Assembly (NCBI GenBank): GCA_965601925.1
Contig: OZ271854.1
Span: 3,328,001-3,392,000 of the forward strand
Reading direction: 5' to 3'
Source of the DNA: Alkalispirochaeta sp.
Lineage (GTDB): Bacteria; Spirochaetota; Spirochaetia; DSM-27196; Alkalispirochaetaceae
DNA length: 64,000 bases
In this document: piece after piece, positions 10,909 to 21,500 of the stretch
Numbering within the stretch: position 1 is the first letter of the stretch
Layout of the letters: every line of letters begins with the position of its first letter
Translations under genes and position numbers: made by a program
Notes under the pieces: generated by a model
The model's input: only the letters and a program-made list of their open reading frames with translations
Told to the model about the DNA's origin: nothing
Databases searched by the model: none

Positions 10909-12308
10909 AGCTTGAAAACCTTACCCCCGCCCAGATCGTAGCGGAGCTTGACAAGTTCATCATCGGCCAACAGAAGGCGAAAAAGGCGGTCGCAATTGCG
11001 CTGCGAAATCGCATTCGGCGTCAGAAGTTGCCGGAAGATCTGCAGGAGGAGATCGCTCCGAAGAACATTATCATGATCGGACCGACGGGGGTCGGAAAGA
11101 CCGAGATCGCCCGTCGTCTCGCGCGCCTCACCGGCGCACCCTTCGTAAAGGTCGAGGCTACGAAGTATACCGAAGTCGGCTACGTGGGACGCGACGTCGA
11201 GTCCATGGTGCGCGATCTCATGGCGACCGCCCTCTCGATGGTCAAAGAGGATCTGCGCGAGGAGGTCCGGGAGAAGGCCGAACAGCGCACCGAAGAGGCG
11301 CTTCTCGACGCGTTGTTACCCGGTGTGACCGAGTCGTCGCCTCAAACGTCCGCCCCCGAGCGCGCCGATCCCGATCCGGCCGCACTCGTCGCCGAAGGAG
11401 CCGCGGGGCGAGACGGCAAAAACGGTGTCTCCACCCATACGCGCGAACGATTTAGAACGATGCTCCGAGACGGTAAGCTCGACGACAAGGAGATTGAGAT
11501 TTCGGTCAGCAAGCAGGCGATGCCGGCGATTGAGATTTTTTCCGGGAGCAACGTGGAGGAGTTGGACCTCAACCTCGGGAACCTCGGCAATATCTTCGGC
11601 GGTAAAAAGAAAAAGCGTCGCATGAATGTGCGTCAGGCCCGTGAGTTTCTTCTCCAGGAGGAGATGGACAAGCTGGTGGATACCGAGCGCGCCGCCGAGC
11701 TCGCGCGCAATCGCATCGAGAACACCGGCATCATCTTCATTGACGAGATCGACAAGATCGCTACGCGCGAGGGACGCGGCGGCGGCGACGTGAGCCGCGA
11801 GGGGGTGCAGCGCGACATCCTTCCGATCGTAGAGGGCAGCAAGGTCAATACGCGCCATGGGATCGTCGACACCTCGCATATTCTGTTCATCGCCGCCGGT
11901 GCTTTTCATATGAGCAAACCGAGCGATTTGATACCGGAGCTTCAGGGCCGCTTTCCCCTCCGAGTGGAGTTGGAAGCGCTCGAAGAGGAGGATTTCTATC
12001 GCATCCTGACACAACCGGAGAACGCACTCATCAAGCAGTACAGCGCGTTGCTGGAAACTGAAGGCGTCACGTTGGAGTTTCACGACGAAGCGATCCGGGA
12101 GCTTTCCAAGATCGCCGCGGAGGTGAACGGGCGTACCGAGAATATCGGAGCGCGACGGCTTCACACCATCATGGAGCTCCTGTTGGAGGACGTGTCGTTC
12201 AACGCTCCCGACCTCGCGGGACAGACGATTCCCGTCACGCGCGAGTATGTGTTGGAGAAGTTGGCGGACGTCGTTGAAGATCACGATCTGAGTCGCTACA
12301 TCCTCTAA
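10905..12308 (+). CDS. hslU: ATP-dependent protease ATPase subunit HslU
   Basis: [12 protein letters not shown] pore loop, [14 protein letters not shown]-terminal SRYIL; GTGA overlap with hslV. Confidence 0.98.
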   Translation: MKLENLTPAQIVAELDKFIIGQQKAKKAVAIALRNRIRRQKLPEDLQEEIAPKNIIMIGPTGVGKTEIARRLARLTGAPFVKVEATKYTEVGYVGRDVESMVRDLMATALSMVKEDLREEVREKAEQRTEEALLDALLPGVTESSPQTSAPERADPDPAALVAEGAAGRDGKNGVSTHTRERFRTMLRDGKLDDKEIEISVSKQAMPAIEIFSGSNVEELDLNLGNLGNIFGGKKKKRRMNVRQAREFLLQEEMDKLVDTERAAELARNRIENTGIIFIDEIDKIATREGRGGGDVSREGVQRDILPIVEGSKVNTRHGIVDTSHILFIAAGAFHMSKPSDLIPELQGRFPLRVELEALEEEDFYRILTQPENALIKQYSALLETEGVTLEFHDEAIRELSKIAAEVNGRTENIGARRLHTIMELLLEDVSFNAPDLAGQTIPVTREYVLEKLADVVEDHDLSRYIL

Positions 12309-12332
12309 AGGTGCGAACGGGGACACCGATGA
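12306..12332 (+). promoter_or_regulatory. Sigma28 (FliA/SigD)-type promoter for the flgB operon
   Basis: TAAA (12306-12309), 15-nt spacer, ACCGATGA (12325-12332), then a GAGGAG SD and the flgB ATG; compare consensus TAAA-N15/16-GCCGATAA. Confidence 0.7.
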
Positions 12333-12353
12333 TGATAGAAGAGGAGAAGACGG

Positions 12354-12773
12354 ATGTTTGAGAATACCGGATTCGGTCGCCAGCTCGACATTTTACAGCG
12401 CACGATGGATGCAAGCCTCCTGCGCCAGAGCGTCATCGCCGATAACATCGCCAACGCCAACACTCCGAACTTCAAGCGGAGCGAGGTCAACTTCGAGTCG
12501 CGTCTGGCCTATGCGCTCGAGAGCGCCGAAAGACGCCCACGTTTTCAGGAGGCGGTGACTCACGAGCGCCACATCCCGTTTCATCAGAGCCTCGACTACC
12601 GAGACGTACGACCGCGCCGCGTCCTCGATTTCGCGACGACGGGACAAAACAACGGCAATAATGTGGATATCGAGGTCGAATCGATGAATCTGCTCAACAA
12701 TCAGTTGGCGTACCAGATGATGACCCGATCGGTGGCGGACTCGTTCGCCAGAATCAATCTGGTACTACGATAG
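12354..12773 (+). CDS. flgB: Flagellar basal body rod protein FlgB
   Basis: IADNIANANTPNFK and NNGNNVDIE motifs. Confidence 0.97.
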   Translation: MFENTGFGRQLDILQRTMDASLLRQSVIADNIANANTPNFKRSEVNFESRLAYALESAERRPRFQEAVTHERHIPFHQSLDYRDVRPRRVLDFATTGQNNGNNVDIEVESMNLLNNQLAYQMMTRSVADSFARINLVLR

Positions 12774-12788
12774 GAGAGGTGACCGACG

Positions 12789-13247
12789 ATGGGACTTTTT
12801 TCGGCCATTAACAGCGCAGCGACGGGCCTCACCGCCCAACGCCTCCGGCAAGATGTCATTGCCGACAATATCGCCAATGCGAACACGACCCGCACGACCG
12901 AGGGTGGCCCCTTCCGTCGTAGCCGAGTAGTTCTTCGGCCGCGTACCGAGGGGCCGACCTGGCGCAGTCCCTTTTTGCCGCGCCCCCTCGACAACGGCGT
13001 CGGGCAGGGAGTGAGAGTTACGGAGGTCGAGAAGGATATGGACTCGGAGCTGCGTCTCGTGTATGACCCGACGCATCCGGATGCGATTCAAAGTGGGCCG
13101 CGCGCGGGGTACGTCGAGTATCCCAACGTCAACGTCGTGAATGAAATGGTCGACCTCATCGACGCCTCCCGGGCGTACGAGGCGAACGTCGCGGTGATAA
13201 ACGGCGCGCGAACGATGTTCCAACGAGCCCTCGACATCGGGCGATAA
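12789..13247 (+). CDS. flgC: Flagellar basal body rod protein FlgC
   Basis: NIANANTTRT..GGPFRR, YDPTHPDA and PNVNVVNEMVDLIDASRAYEAN motifs. Confidence 0.98.
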   Translation: MGLFSAINSAATGLTAQRLRQDVIADNIANANTTRTTEGGPFRRSRVVLRPRTEGPTWRSPFLPRPLDNGVGQGVRVTEVEKDMDSELRLVYDPTHPDAIQSGPRAGYVEYPNVNVVNEMVDLIDASRAYEANVAVINGARTMFQRALDIGR

Positions 13248-13260
13248 GGAGTGAGTGATT

Positions 13261-13590
13261 ATGACGTTGTTTGAACCGTCACAGGCGATGGGAAACGCCA
13301 TCCGGATCGAGCGGACGCATCCGAACCACCTACCGGGTAAGTACGAGCCGTTACCCGATCCGTTGGGGCAGACGGGATTTCGCGACGCCCTTATCGACAG
13401 CTTGGAGGAGACCAACGGGCTGCAGATCGCCCATGAAGAGCTCTCGATTCGGGCAATCATGGATCCGGAGAGCGTGGAGGCTCACGATCTCACGATCGCC
13501 GCGGCGAAGGCGAATACCGCTTTGAGTATCACCCGAAACGTCGTGGATCGGGTGATCCAGGCGTATCGAGACATCACCAACTTGCGCTGA
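13261..13590 (+). CDS. fliE: Flagellar hook-basal body protein FliE
   Basis: HDLTIAAAKA..TRNVVDRVIQAYRDI; lies between flgC and fliF. Confidence 0.92.
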   Translation: MTLFEPSQAMGNAIRIERTHPNHLPGKYEPLPDPLGQTGFRDALIDSLEETNGLQIAHEELSIRAIMDPESVEAHDLTIAAAKANTALSITRNVVDRVIQAYRDITNLR

Positions 13591-13717
13591 CCGCGATGCG
13601 CAGATGGGCTCTCTGATGAACGGCAGACTTCAAAGAGCGTACCACATCGAGCTAAGAGAGCGCGGAGGTAGCGTGCACGGCGGATAGAGCCGCTTAATCG
13701 AACCTGGGGAGGGGAAC

Positions 13718-15424
13718 ATGAACGAGTTTATCAAGCGTCTCGTTGAGCGCATAAAGACGCTGTGGGGCGAGTGGAAGCTTCCGCAGAAGCTCATATTTTT
13801 CGGAATCGCCGGCATCGTCGTCGCCGCCGTCGTTATGTTAATCGTGTTTTCGGCCTCGCCGTCTCAGGTGCCGCTTCTGCGCCAGCCCGTTGCCGATCCG
13901 CAACAGTTGGCCGACATCACGACACGTCTCGATCAAGAGGGCGTGCCGTATACCGTCTCTGCAAACAACATCATCATGCTCGACGACGAGCGCACGGCGC
14001 AACGGATGCGCGCCATCCTTACCCGCGAGGATCTGATTCCCACCGGAACCGACCCGTGGGAACTCTTCGATATCGAGCGCTGGACGCTCACCGACTTCGA
14101 GCGTAACGTCAACCTTCAACGCAGCATCATGCGCCAGATCGAACAGCATATAACGGCGCTTGAGGATGTGGACGCGGCGAGCGTGACGATCGTTATGCCC
14201 GAGGATGAGCTTTTCGCGGAGCAGCAAAACCCGGTAACCGCCTCGATCATCATCACGCCCAAGCCGGGTAGCGACATTCGCGAGAGCCGCGCCAAGATCG
14301 AGGGTATCGAAAAGCTCATTCAGTTTGCCGTCGAGGGGCTGCATCCGGAGAACATCACCATCACCGATCCCTCCGGAGTGACCCTGAACGACTTTGAAAG
14401 CTTGCAGGACTTCGATCGGTTGGAGCTCACGCGACGCGAGCTCGAGATCATTCGCGACCAGGAAGAGCAGTATCGGCAGGCGATTCTGACGGCCCTCTCG
14501 GAGATCTATCGTCGCGATCGGGTGCAGGTGGTTAACATCAACGTCGACATGGATATGGGGAAGCGCACCGAGGAGACCAACGAGTTCTTCCCGATTACGA
14601 CTATCGAAGATAATCCCCGGACTCCCTTTGACGAGACCGAGTTCGTCCTCTCGATACCGCGCTCGATCGAAAACATCAACGAAAACTACGAGGGAACGGG
14701 ATTCAACCCCGAGGGACCTCCCGGTGTGGAGGGGCAGACGCCGCCGGCATATCGCGACCTCGACGGGCTCGTAGGGCGGTGGAACAACGACGAGGAACGA
14801 ATCAACAACGAGATCAACAGTCGACGCATCGTCGAGGAGAAGAGTCCGACGATCCAGCGGATTACCGCCTCCGTCGCTCTGGACGGCACATGGCGCTGGA
14901 CCTATAATGACCGTGCGGAGGTTCAATTCGACTCCGACGGGTCTATTTCGCGCACGTATACGCCCGTCGGCGTCGAGGAGCTGGCCGCCGCACGCGAGCT
15001 CGTCGAACACGCGATCGGTTTCGATCAGGACCGCGGCGACGCGGTGAGCGTGCGTCACATACAGTTCGACCGGACGGCGCAGTTTCGCGAGGAGGACGAA
15101 CGATACCGCAGACAGCGACAGATCCAGCTCGCCGTACTGTACATCCTCATCGGTATCGCGATCCTCTTGGTATCCTTCATAGCCTTTCGCCTCGTCTCTC
15201 GCGAAATCGAACGGCGTCGGCGCCTGCGGGAAGAGGAACTCGCCCGGCAGCATCAGGCGATGCGCGAGGCGGCCCTCAGGAGTGCCGAGGAAGAGAGCGC
15301 CGAGGTCGAGATGTCGGTTGAGGAACGGGCGCGCATGGAGCTTGAAGAGATGGCCATCAACATGGCCCGCGAGCATCCCGAGGACGTTGCGAATCTCATT
15401 CGCACGTGGCTGATGGAGGAGTAG
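13718..15424 (+). CDS. fliF: Flagellar MS-ring protein FliF
   Basis: Two TMs flanking a large periplasmic region with an ASIII motif; C-terminal HPEDVANLIRTWL FliG-binding helix. Confidence 0.97.
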   Translation: MNEFIKRLVERIKTLWGEWKLPQKLIFFGIAGIVVAAVVMLIVFSASPSQVPLLRQPVADPQQLADITTRLDQEGVPYTVSANNIIMLDDERTAQRMRAILTREDLIPTGTDPWELFDIERWTLTDFERNVNLQRSIMRQIEQHITALEDVDAASVTIVMPEDELFAEQQNPVTASIIITPKPGSDIRESRAKIEGIEKLIQFAVEGLHPENITITDPSGVTLNDFESLQDFDRLELTRRELEIIRDQEEQYRQAILTALSEIYRRDRVQVVNINVDMDMGKRTEETNEFFPITTIEDNPRTPFDETEFVLSIPRSIENINENYEGTGFNPEGPPGVEGQTPPAYRDLDGLVGRWNNDEERINNEINSRRIVEEKSPTIQRITASVALDGTWRWTYNDRAEVQFDSDGSISRTYTPVGVEELAAARELVEHAIGFDQDRGDAVSVRHIQFDRTAQFREEDERYRRQRQIQLAVLYILIGIAILLVSFIAFRLVSREIERRRRLREEELARQHQAMREAALRSAEEESAEVEMSVEERARMELEEMAINMAREHPEDVANLIRTWLMEE

Positions 15425-15427
15425 TTT

Positions 15428-16486
15428 ATGGCCAAACAGACCGAACAACCGGCCCCCCCCGCCGGAGGCGGCGGACGCAAATCGAGACAGCAGCTCGGCG
15501 GGCGTCAGAAAGCGGCGATTTTTCTCGTGACCCTGGGAAGCGAAATTTCCAGCGAGATCTTCAAGCACCTTAGGGAGGACGAGATCGAGGCGTTGACCTT
15601 CGAGATCGCGCGCATGGAGAGCTTCGGTAACGAGGAAAAAGAGGTCGTTCTACAGGAGTTTCAAGAGTTGATGATGGCTCAGGACTTCATCAACACCGGC
15701 GGCATCGACTACGCGCGGGAGCTGTTGGAGAAGAGCCTCGGCTCCCAGAAGGCGGTCGATATCATTAACCGCCTCACGACGAGCCTCCAGGTCAGACCGT
15801 TCGACTTCATTCGTCGTACCGATCCGACGCATCTGCTCAACTTCATTCAGCAGGAACATCCTCAGACGATCGCCCTTATCCTCGCGTACCTCGAGCCGCA
15901 GAAAGCGAGCGTCATCTTGGGAAGCCTCCCCAACGAGATCCAGTCGGACGTCGCCAAGCGTATCGCAACGATGGATCGTACCTCGCCGGAGACGTTGCGC
16001 GAGGTCGAGCGCGTCTTGGAGAAGAAGCTCGCCTCGATTTCAAGCGAGGATTACACCGTGGCCGGTGGCGTCGAGAGCATCGTCGAGATTCTCAACCTCG
16101 TAGACCGCTCGACTGAGAAGGTCATCATCGAGAGTCTGGAAGAAGAGGATCCGGAGCTCGCCGAGGACATTAAAAAGCGGATGTTCGTGTTCGAGGACAT
16201 CGTTATGCTCGACGATCGCGCGATCCAGAAGGTCATGCGCGAGGTCGACACCGCGGAGCTTGCAAAGGCGCTCAAGGCGGTCGACACCGAGGTACAGGAC
16301 AAGATCTTTCGCAATATGTCCAAACGTGCGGCCGCCCTCCTCAAGGACGACATGGAGTATATGGGCCCGATCCGCATGAAGGACGTGGAAGAGAGTCAAC
16401 AGAAGATCGTATCGATCATTCGCAAGCTGGAAGAGCAGGGCGAGATCGTCGTTGCCCGCGCCGGCGAGGACGAGCTGGTGGTATAG
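15428..16486 (+). CDS. fliG: Flagellar motor switch protein FliG
   Basis: GRQKAAIFL, EHPQTIALIL, MFVFED and NMSKRAA motifs. Confidence 0.98.
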   Translation: MAKQTEQPAPPAGGGGRKSRQQLGGRQKAAIFLVTLGSEISSEIFKHLREDEIEALTFEIARMESFGNEEKEVVLQEFQELMMAQDFINTGGIDYARELLEKSLGSQKAVDIINRLTTSLQVRPFDFIRRTDPTHLLNFIQQEHPQTIALILAYLEPQKASVILGSLPNEIQSDVAKRIATMDRTSPETLREVERVLEKKLASISSEDYTVAGGVESIVEILNLVDRSTEKVIIESLEEEDPELAEDIKKRMFVFEDIVMLDDRAIQKVMREVDTAELAKALKAVDTEVQDKIFRNMSKRAAALLKDDMEYMGPIRMKDVEESQQKIVSIIRKLEEQGEIVVARAGEDELVV

Positions 16487-16509
16487 GGTCGCGTAAGGCA
16501 GGGTGAGAG

Positions 16510-17460
16510 ATGGCAAAGAACGTATTTCGTCAACGGGAGATCCAGTTCAAGCAGCATAAGGTCTATCTCCGCGCCCCCGATCACTCCGGCGCGTCGAAAG
16601 ACAAGGTCGGCGCCGTCGCGGAGGTCGAGCCGCTGGAGGCGATCGAGGAGTACACCGGGCCGACCGCCGATCAGTTGCGTCGCGAGGCCGAAGCGTTTAA
16701 GGCGCAGTGGGACACCGAGAGGGAGAAGATGATCTCCGAGGCGACCGGCGAGGCGAAACGCATCGTTCAAGAGGCCGAGGAGGAGGCGTTTCGTAAGATT
16801 CGTGACAAGACCGCCGAGGCCAACAACACGACGAAAGAGGCGGAAGAGGCGGCCGACGCGACGCGTCAGGCCGCAGAGGCCGAACGGGTCCGTATCCAAA
16901 CCGAAGCCGAGGAGCGGGCGCGTCAGATCGAGCAGGATGCGTGGCAGCGGGGACACAAAGAGGGGCGCGAGGCGGGCATTGAAGAGGGCAAGGCGGAGGT
17001 GCAGCGAGTCGTCGAGCGCTTTCACGTCGTCCTTTCCAAAGCGATCGAGCGGCGAAACGAGATCATTCAAGAGAGCGAAACGCAGGTGGTCAACCTCGTC
17101 CTCAGCATCGCCAAAAAGGTCATCAAGGTGATCAGCGAGAACCAGAAGAACGTGGTCGTCAACAACATCGTTCAGTCTCTCCAGAAACTTCAACATAAGA
17201 GCGATGTGATCGTGCGCGTCAACCTCGCCGATCTCGATATCGCCACGCAGCATAAACAGGACATCCTCAACATGGTGGAACGGGTCAAGAGCATCACCGT
17301 CGCCGAGGATTCTACGGTCGATCCCGGCGGGTGCATCATCGAGACCGATTTCGGCGAGATCGACGCCCGGATCGCCTCTCAACTGCGAGAGATCGAAGAT
17401 CGAATCTTGGAGCTCACCCCGATACGGTCGCGCCCGAAGTCGACCGACGGGATAAGTTAA
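16510..17460 (+). CDS. fliH: Flagellar assembly protein FliH
   Basis: Long Ala/Glu coiled coil with GxxxG repeats; GGCIIETDFGEIDARI. Confidence 0.95.
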   Translation: MAKNVFRQREIQFKQHKVYLRAPDHSGASKDKVGAVAEVEPLEAIEEYTGPTADQLRREAEAFKAQWDTEREKMISEATGEAKRIVQEAEEEAFRKIRDKTAEANNTTKEAEEAADATRQAAEAERVRIQTEAEERARQIEQDAWQRGHKEGREAGIEEGKAEVQRVVERFHVVLSKAIERRNEIIQESETQVVNLVLSIAKKVIKVISENQKNVVVNNIVQSLQKLQHKSDVIVRVNLADLDIATQHKQDILNMVERVKSITVAEDSTVDPGGCIIETDFGEIDARIASQLREIEDRILELTPIRSRPKSTDGIS

Positions 17461-17471
17461 GGAGCGTCGCG

Positions 17472-18806
17472 ATGTCGGTCGCCTTTTTGGAGAAGTACCA
17501 GGCGCTCGTCGATCACACCGAGACGATAAAGCAGATCGGCCGCATACAGGCGGTGCAGGGCCTCAAGATCGAGAGCGTCGGACCGCAGGCCAAAGTCGGC
17601 GAGTTGTGTCAGATCGTGATCGAGAGCTCCGGATCGATCGTTCCGGCCGAGGTCGTTGGTCTCGACGGAAACAACGTCCAACTGGCCCCGTACGTCGAGA
17701 CCGAGGGCATCGAGGTCGGAAACCCGGTGATCGGTCTGGGACGCCCCTTGGAGATCCCCGTGAGCGAGCGCCTGTTGGGTCGCGTGCTGGACGGAAAGGG
17801 TACGCCGATCGACGGCCTCGGAGATATCGGAAGCGGCGTCTTTTATCCCGTGTTTCAGCGTTCCCCCGATGTACTCGCCCGACGTCCCATCTCCGAGCAA
17901 GTCGAGACGGGCATCCGTGCGATCGACGCCCTCGTACCGGTCGGAAAGGGGCAGCGGCTCGGTATTTTCAGCGGAAGCGGCGTCGGAAAGTCGACTCTCA
18001 TCGGTATGATCGCTCGCAATACTACCGCGGACGTGAATGTTATCGCCCTCATCGGTGAGCGCGGCCGCGAGGTACGCGAGTTCATCGAGAACGATCTGGG
18101 ACCCGAAGGGTTGGAACGCAGTGTCGTGGTGGTGAGTACCTCGGATACGCCGGCCTTGGCGCGGCTGCGCGCCGCCTTCGTCGCTACGACGATTGCCGAG
18201 TTCTTCCGTGATCAGGGTCAAGACGTCATGCTCATGTTCGACTCCGTGACCCGTTTTGCCAGGGCGCAGCGCGAAATCGGCCTCTCCCGCGGAGAGGGTC
18301 CCGCCTCCAGGGGGTTCCCGCCGTCGGTGGATGCGATTCTTCCCCAACTATTGGAGCGTTGCGGTACCAGCGAGCGGGGGACCATCACGGGCTTCTATTC
18401 GATTCTGGTCGAGGGAGACGATCTGGACGAACCGGTCTCCGATACGGTACGCGGCATTCTCGACGGCCACTTGGTGCTCAGTCGTCGTCTCGCCCGCCGG
18501 TACCACTATCCGGCGATCGACATTTTGGGGAGCGTAAGCCGACTCGAAAGTAAAGTCTGCGATCCCCTGCACCGCCGGGCCGCCGGTGCCGTGCGCACCC
18601 TCATGGCGACATACCAGGAGGCGGAGGATCTTATCAACGCCGGCATCTACGCAAAGGGAAGCAACGCCGAGATCGACGCGGCGATCGACAAGCGACCGGC
18701 GATCACACACCTATTGCAACAGCAAGTGGAGGAGCGCAGTAGCGCCGCGGACGCTCGAAGCGTCCTGCTGGGGATCGCCGGAATTGACGAGGCTTCGGAT
18801 GCGTAG
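17472..18806 (+). CDS. fliI: Flagellar export ATPase FliI
   Basis: GSGVGKST, GERGRE, DSVTRFA and LDGHLVLSR motifs. Start ATG 17472 after an AGGAG SD. Confidence 0.97.
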   Translation: MSVAFLEKYQALVDHTETIKQIGRIQAVQGLKIESVGPQAKVGELCQIVIESSGSIVPAEVVGLDGNNVQLAPYVETEGIEVGNPVIGLGRPLEIPVSERLLGRVLDGKGTPIDGLGDIGSGVFYPVFQRSPDVLARRPISEQVETGIRAIDALVPVGKGQRLGIFSGSGVGKSTLIGMIARNTTADVNVIALIGERGREVREFIENDLGPEGLERSVVVVSTSDTPALARLRAAFVATTIAEFFRDQGQDVMLMFDSVTRFARAQREIGLSRGEGPASRGFPPSVDAILPQLLERCGTSERGTITGFYSILVEGDDLDEPVSDTVRGILDGHLVLSRRLARRYHYPAIDILGSVSRLESKVCDPLHRRAAGAVRTLMATYQEAEDLINAGIYAKGSNAEIDAAIDKRPAITHLLQQQVEERSSAADARSVLLGIAGIDEASDA

Positions 18807-19242
18807 ATTTCACTTTCGGCTGCAATCGGTTCTGTCGCTTCGTGAGCATCAACTCGACCAACGGCGGCTCGAACTCGGCTCGATCTCCTCGCAGTGCGCC
18901 GACTTACGTCAACGGATCGACGACCGCCTCGCAGTACGACGTGAGACCCTCACGTCGTCGGACGGCACCGAGCATTCCGATGATGTGGCGTATCGTCTCT
19001 CGGTAGAGGGCTATGCGGCGCGCCTCGCCGATGAGGCGGGGCGTCTGCGACGCGACCTTGCCGCAGCCGAGGAGCAGCGCGCGATCGCCGCCGAAGCGTT
19101 TCGTGAAGCGAAACGCGGTGCCGACGTCTTGCAAAGGCTCAAGGAGCGGCGCGAAGCGGATTACATGGTGGCGCAGAAGCGGGACGAGCAACACCGTCTC
19201 GACGAGATTTCACAACGCATCCATCAACGTTCGGAGGAGTAA
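18799..19242 (+). CDS. fliJ: Flagellar export protein FliJ
   Basis: MRRFHFRLQSVLSLRE N-terminus, coiled coil, EQHRLDE end; follows fliI. Confidence 0.9.
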   Translation: MRRFHFRLQSVLSLREHQLDQRRLELGSISSQCADLRQRIDDRLAVRRETLTSSDGTEHSDDVAYRLSVEGYAARLADEAGRLRRDLAAAEEQRAIAAEAFREAKRGADVLQRLKERREADYMVAQKRDEQHRLDEISQRIHQRSEE

Positions 19243-19248
19243 TCGATA

Positions 19249-19875
19249 ATGGCGGCACGGTACAGTCGAATCAGCGCATTTCCGCAGATCCTTCTCTTGC
19301 TGTTCTTGATAGCGATACTGTCGGTGGGTGGACTGTTGTGGTTCGATTTCCTCGGACTTCTCGACGTAACCGACACCCTTTCCCCCGTTCTTCGTTTGGT
19401 GGGTGTCGAGGAGCGCAGCGGTCTGGATGAGGTGGACGATATCATGTTAATGGACCGCCTGCGCCTGGAAAAACTCCAAGAGGCGGTCACTCTCCGCGAA
19501 GTACAGTTGGAGGAGACCGCCGGCCGCCTCGACGAAGAGCGTCTAACCTTTCTCCAACGCGAGCAGGAGCTCGCACAACTCGCCGCGGAACTCGAAGAAC
19601 GTGAGAATTCGCTCAATGAACAGCTCCAACGGTACGAAAATAGAAGAGCGGTGCTTGAGCAAAACTCGCGCGATCTGACGAGTATGCGCCCGGACGACGC
19701 AGTGGGAATCCTATCGGGGTACGACGATCAGCTTTTGATCGACACCCTCCGAGTGACCGAGGAGTTGGCACAGGAGGCCGGCGAGGTTTCGCTGGTTTCG
19801 GTCTGGCTCTCCCGACTTCCCGCAGAACGGGCGGCTGAGATTCAGCGCAAGATGACGCTCACACCTGCAGATTGA
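19249..19875 (+). CDS. flbB: Spirochaete periplasmic flagellar collar protein FlbB
   Basis: N-terminal TM (GGLLWFDFLG), long coiled coil, MgtE-N-like C-terminus (MRPDDAV..WLSRLPAERAAEI); position between fliJ and fliK. Confidence 0.8.
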   Translation: MAARYSRISAFPQILLLLFLIAILSVGGLLWFDFLGLLDVTDTLSPVLRLVGVEERSGLDEVDDIMLMDRLRLEKLQEAVTLREVQLEETAGRLDEERLTFLQREQELAQLAAELEERENSLNEQLQRYENRRAVLEQNSRDLTSMRPDDAVGILSGYDDQLLIDTLRVTEELAQEAGEVSLVSVWLSRLPAERAAEIQRKMTLTPAD

Positions 19876-19893
19876 TCTGGAGGTACTGTTTGC

Positions 19894-21477
19894 GTGTATA
19901 CGTTAACGCCCGTTGCTACGCGTTCTGACCGCCCCTCTCCGATACCGGATTGGACGGCCAAGGTTGAGTCGAGCGGGCGGCCCGATCCATTCTCCGACTA
20001 TCTGAAAGCCCACGACACCGGCGGCGAAGATCGCGTTTCGCACACCGAGTCCGTGTCGGCCGAGCCTGAGGCGCCGCCCGAATCGGGTATACGCGCCGCC
20101 GAGCATCCACCGACACACGGCGCGCAGGACGCGCCCCGGGACGAACACACGGTGGCCGCCGCGACTCCTTCCGACCGTGCACCCTTTACCGCGGCGGAGG
20201 ATTTGAACGAACCGATGACGAAGGGAGGCCGCAAGGCCGCGAAGCGCTCGGATCGCGCGAGCGACGACGTCGCCGACGATGAGGCGGAGGGCAAGTCGAA
20301 CGACGCCGACGGAGTTGCAGACATCGAGGCGGAACACGGTAAGACGCCGCTCGATCTTCCCTCGCACATCGCTCTTACCGACGCTCCCGTCGGTGGTGCG
20401 GCGGACGGGCACGCCTCGCAGGCCGTAGACGGCCATCCGGTCGAAGACAAGACCTCCGCAAAGCGCGCCAAGATGCGTCGCGTGCATGCCCGAGACGGGG
20501 CAACTCGCGCCGCAAAAGAGGGTTTTGCGACCAAAGAGGGACTTCGCCTCGCCGACGCTTCGCCCGCAGGACATGACGCTCCGGCCGCTCGTCCCACCGC
20601 CGGGGCGGTACCCGCCGAGGGCGCGACGACCGGGGCGGCGGATTACTCCACCGATCGAGCAACGGGCGACGAGCTCGCGACGGCGCGGCCGACGGTCGCG
20701 GCCGGGCAGGTCCGCGCCGAGGTTGCGCAAGTCGCGGTCCATGAAGCGGCCGCCGGAAAGCCCGTGGTGCGAAAGGGCGCGCTTCGCGAGGAAAAGGCTT
20801 CCCGCATTGAAGCCAAGTTGCGTCGGACGGCGGCCTCTGAGTCGTCCTCGGTGGAGACGCGCGACGGCGTCGACATCGTTCGAGAGATACAAGTCGATTT
20901 GTCCGAGTCTAGCTCTCACGGTGAGGGTAGCGAGCGCGGCGCGACGAGCGATGGTGAGGCGACGGAGGCGTTGCTGCGTGCCGACTCCACCTCGACGACA
21001 CGTCCCGCTGCGGCAAAAGGAAGCGTATTGGCGAGTGCGACGGGCAACTTCGCCCGGAGGCTCAACGGCGAGCTCGGGACACGGATCGTACGCGACGCGC
21101 GTATTATGTTGCAGAACGCCGACAGTGCCGAGATTCGCCTTATCATTCGCCCGCCGGAGCTCGGTCGAGTACGTATTCGGCTGCGAATGGACAACGGCCA
21201 TATAGCCGGGCGCATTCTTGTCGATAATGGAAGCGTACGCGAGGTGATGGAACAGAACATCGCCTCGTTGCAGCGCGCCTTTGAAGAGGCCGGGCTCGAT
21301 ATCGGCGATCTCGAGGTAAGCACCGGCGATGCCGGTCGGGAGACTCGGGACGGAGAGAACGACTTCACCGATAGCCGGGACGACCGCCGACGAACCGGAG
21401 TGGATCGATTCGAGCAGCAGATCGCGCCGGCGGGTGAATATGATTACGGCACGCACAGGGTGAATCTTGTCGCCTGA
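19894..21477 (+). CDS. fliK: Flagellar hook-length control protein FliK
   Basis: Long low-complexity N-terminus; C-terminal T3S4 domain IRPPELGRVRIRL; precedes flgD. Confidence 0.92.
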   Translation: MYTLTPVATRSDRPSPIPDWTAKVESSGRPDPFSDYLKAHDTGGEDRVSHTESVSAEPEAPPESGIRAAEHPPTHGAQDAPRDEHTVAAATPSDRAPFTAAEDLNEPMTKGGRKAAKRSDRASDDVADDEAEGKSNDADGVADIEAEHGKTPLDLPSHIALTDAPVGGAADGHASQAVDGHPVEDKTSAKRAKMRRVHARDGATRAAKEGFATKEGLRLADASPAGHDAPAARPTAGAVPAEGATTGAADYSTDRATGDELATARPTVAAGQVRAEVAQVAVHEAAAGKPVVRKGALREEKASRIEAKLRRTAASESSSVETRDGVDIVREIQVDLSESSSHGEGSERGATSDGEATEALLRADSTSTTRPAAAKGSVLASATGNFARRLNGELGTRIVRDARIMLQNADSAEIRLIIRPPELGRVRIRLRMDNGHIAGRILVDNGSVREVMEQNIASLQRAFEEAGLDIGDLEVSTGDAGRETRDGENDFTDSRDDRRRTGVDRFEQQIAPAGEYDYGTHRVNLVA

Positions 21478-21500
21478 GAGCGCCTAAGTAAGGAGAAACG

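Noticed and set aside
13608..13650. CTGATGA in the fliE-fliF intergenic region, suggesting a hammerhead ribozyme or riboswitch
   Set aside because: The GAAA core is missing (CAAA instead) and the required stems are not evident; only a weak hairpin is present.
13838..15568. Long antisense ORFs (e.g. 576 aa here, 639 aa at 37641-39560, 517 aa at 19903-21456, 504 aa at 6908-8422)
   Set aside because: Shadow ORFs opposite well-supported genes, expected from high-GC codon bias; no recognisable motifs.
19224..19250. TCAA...ATCGATAA sigma28-like motif before flbB
   Set aside because: Spacer is only 14 nt and the -10 runs into the start codon, with the SD inside the spacer.
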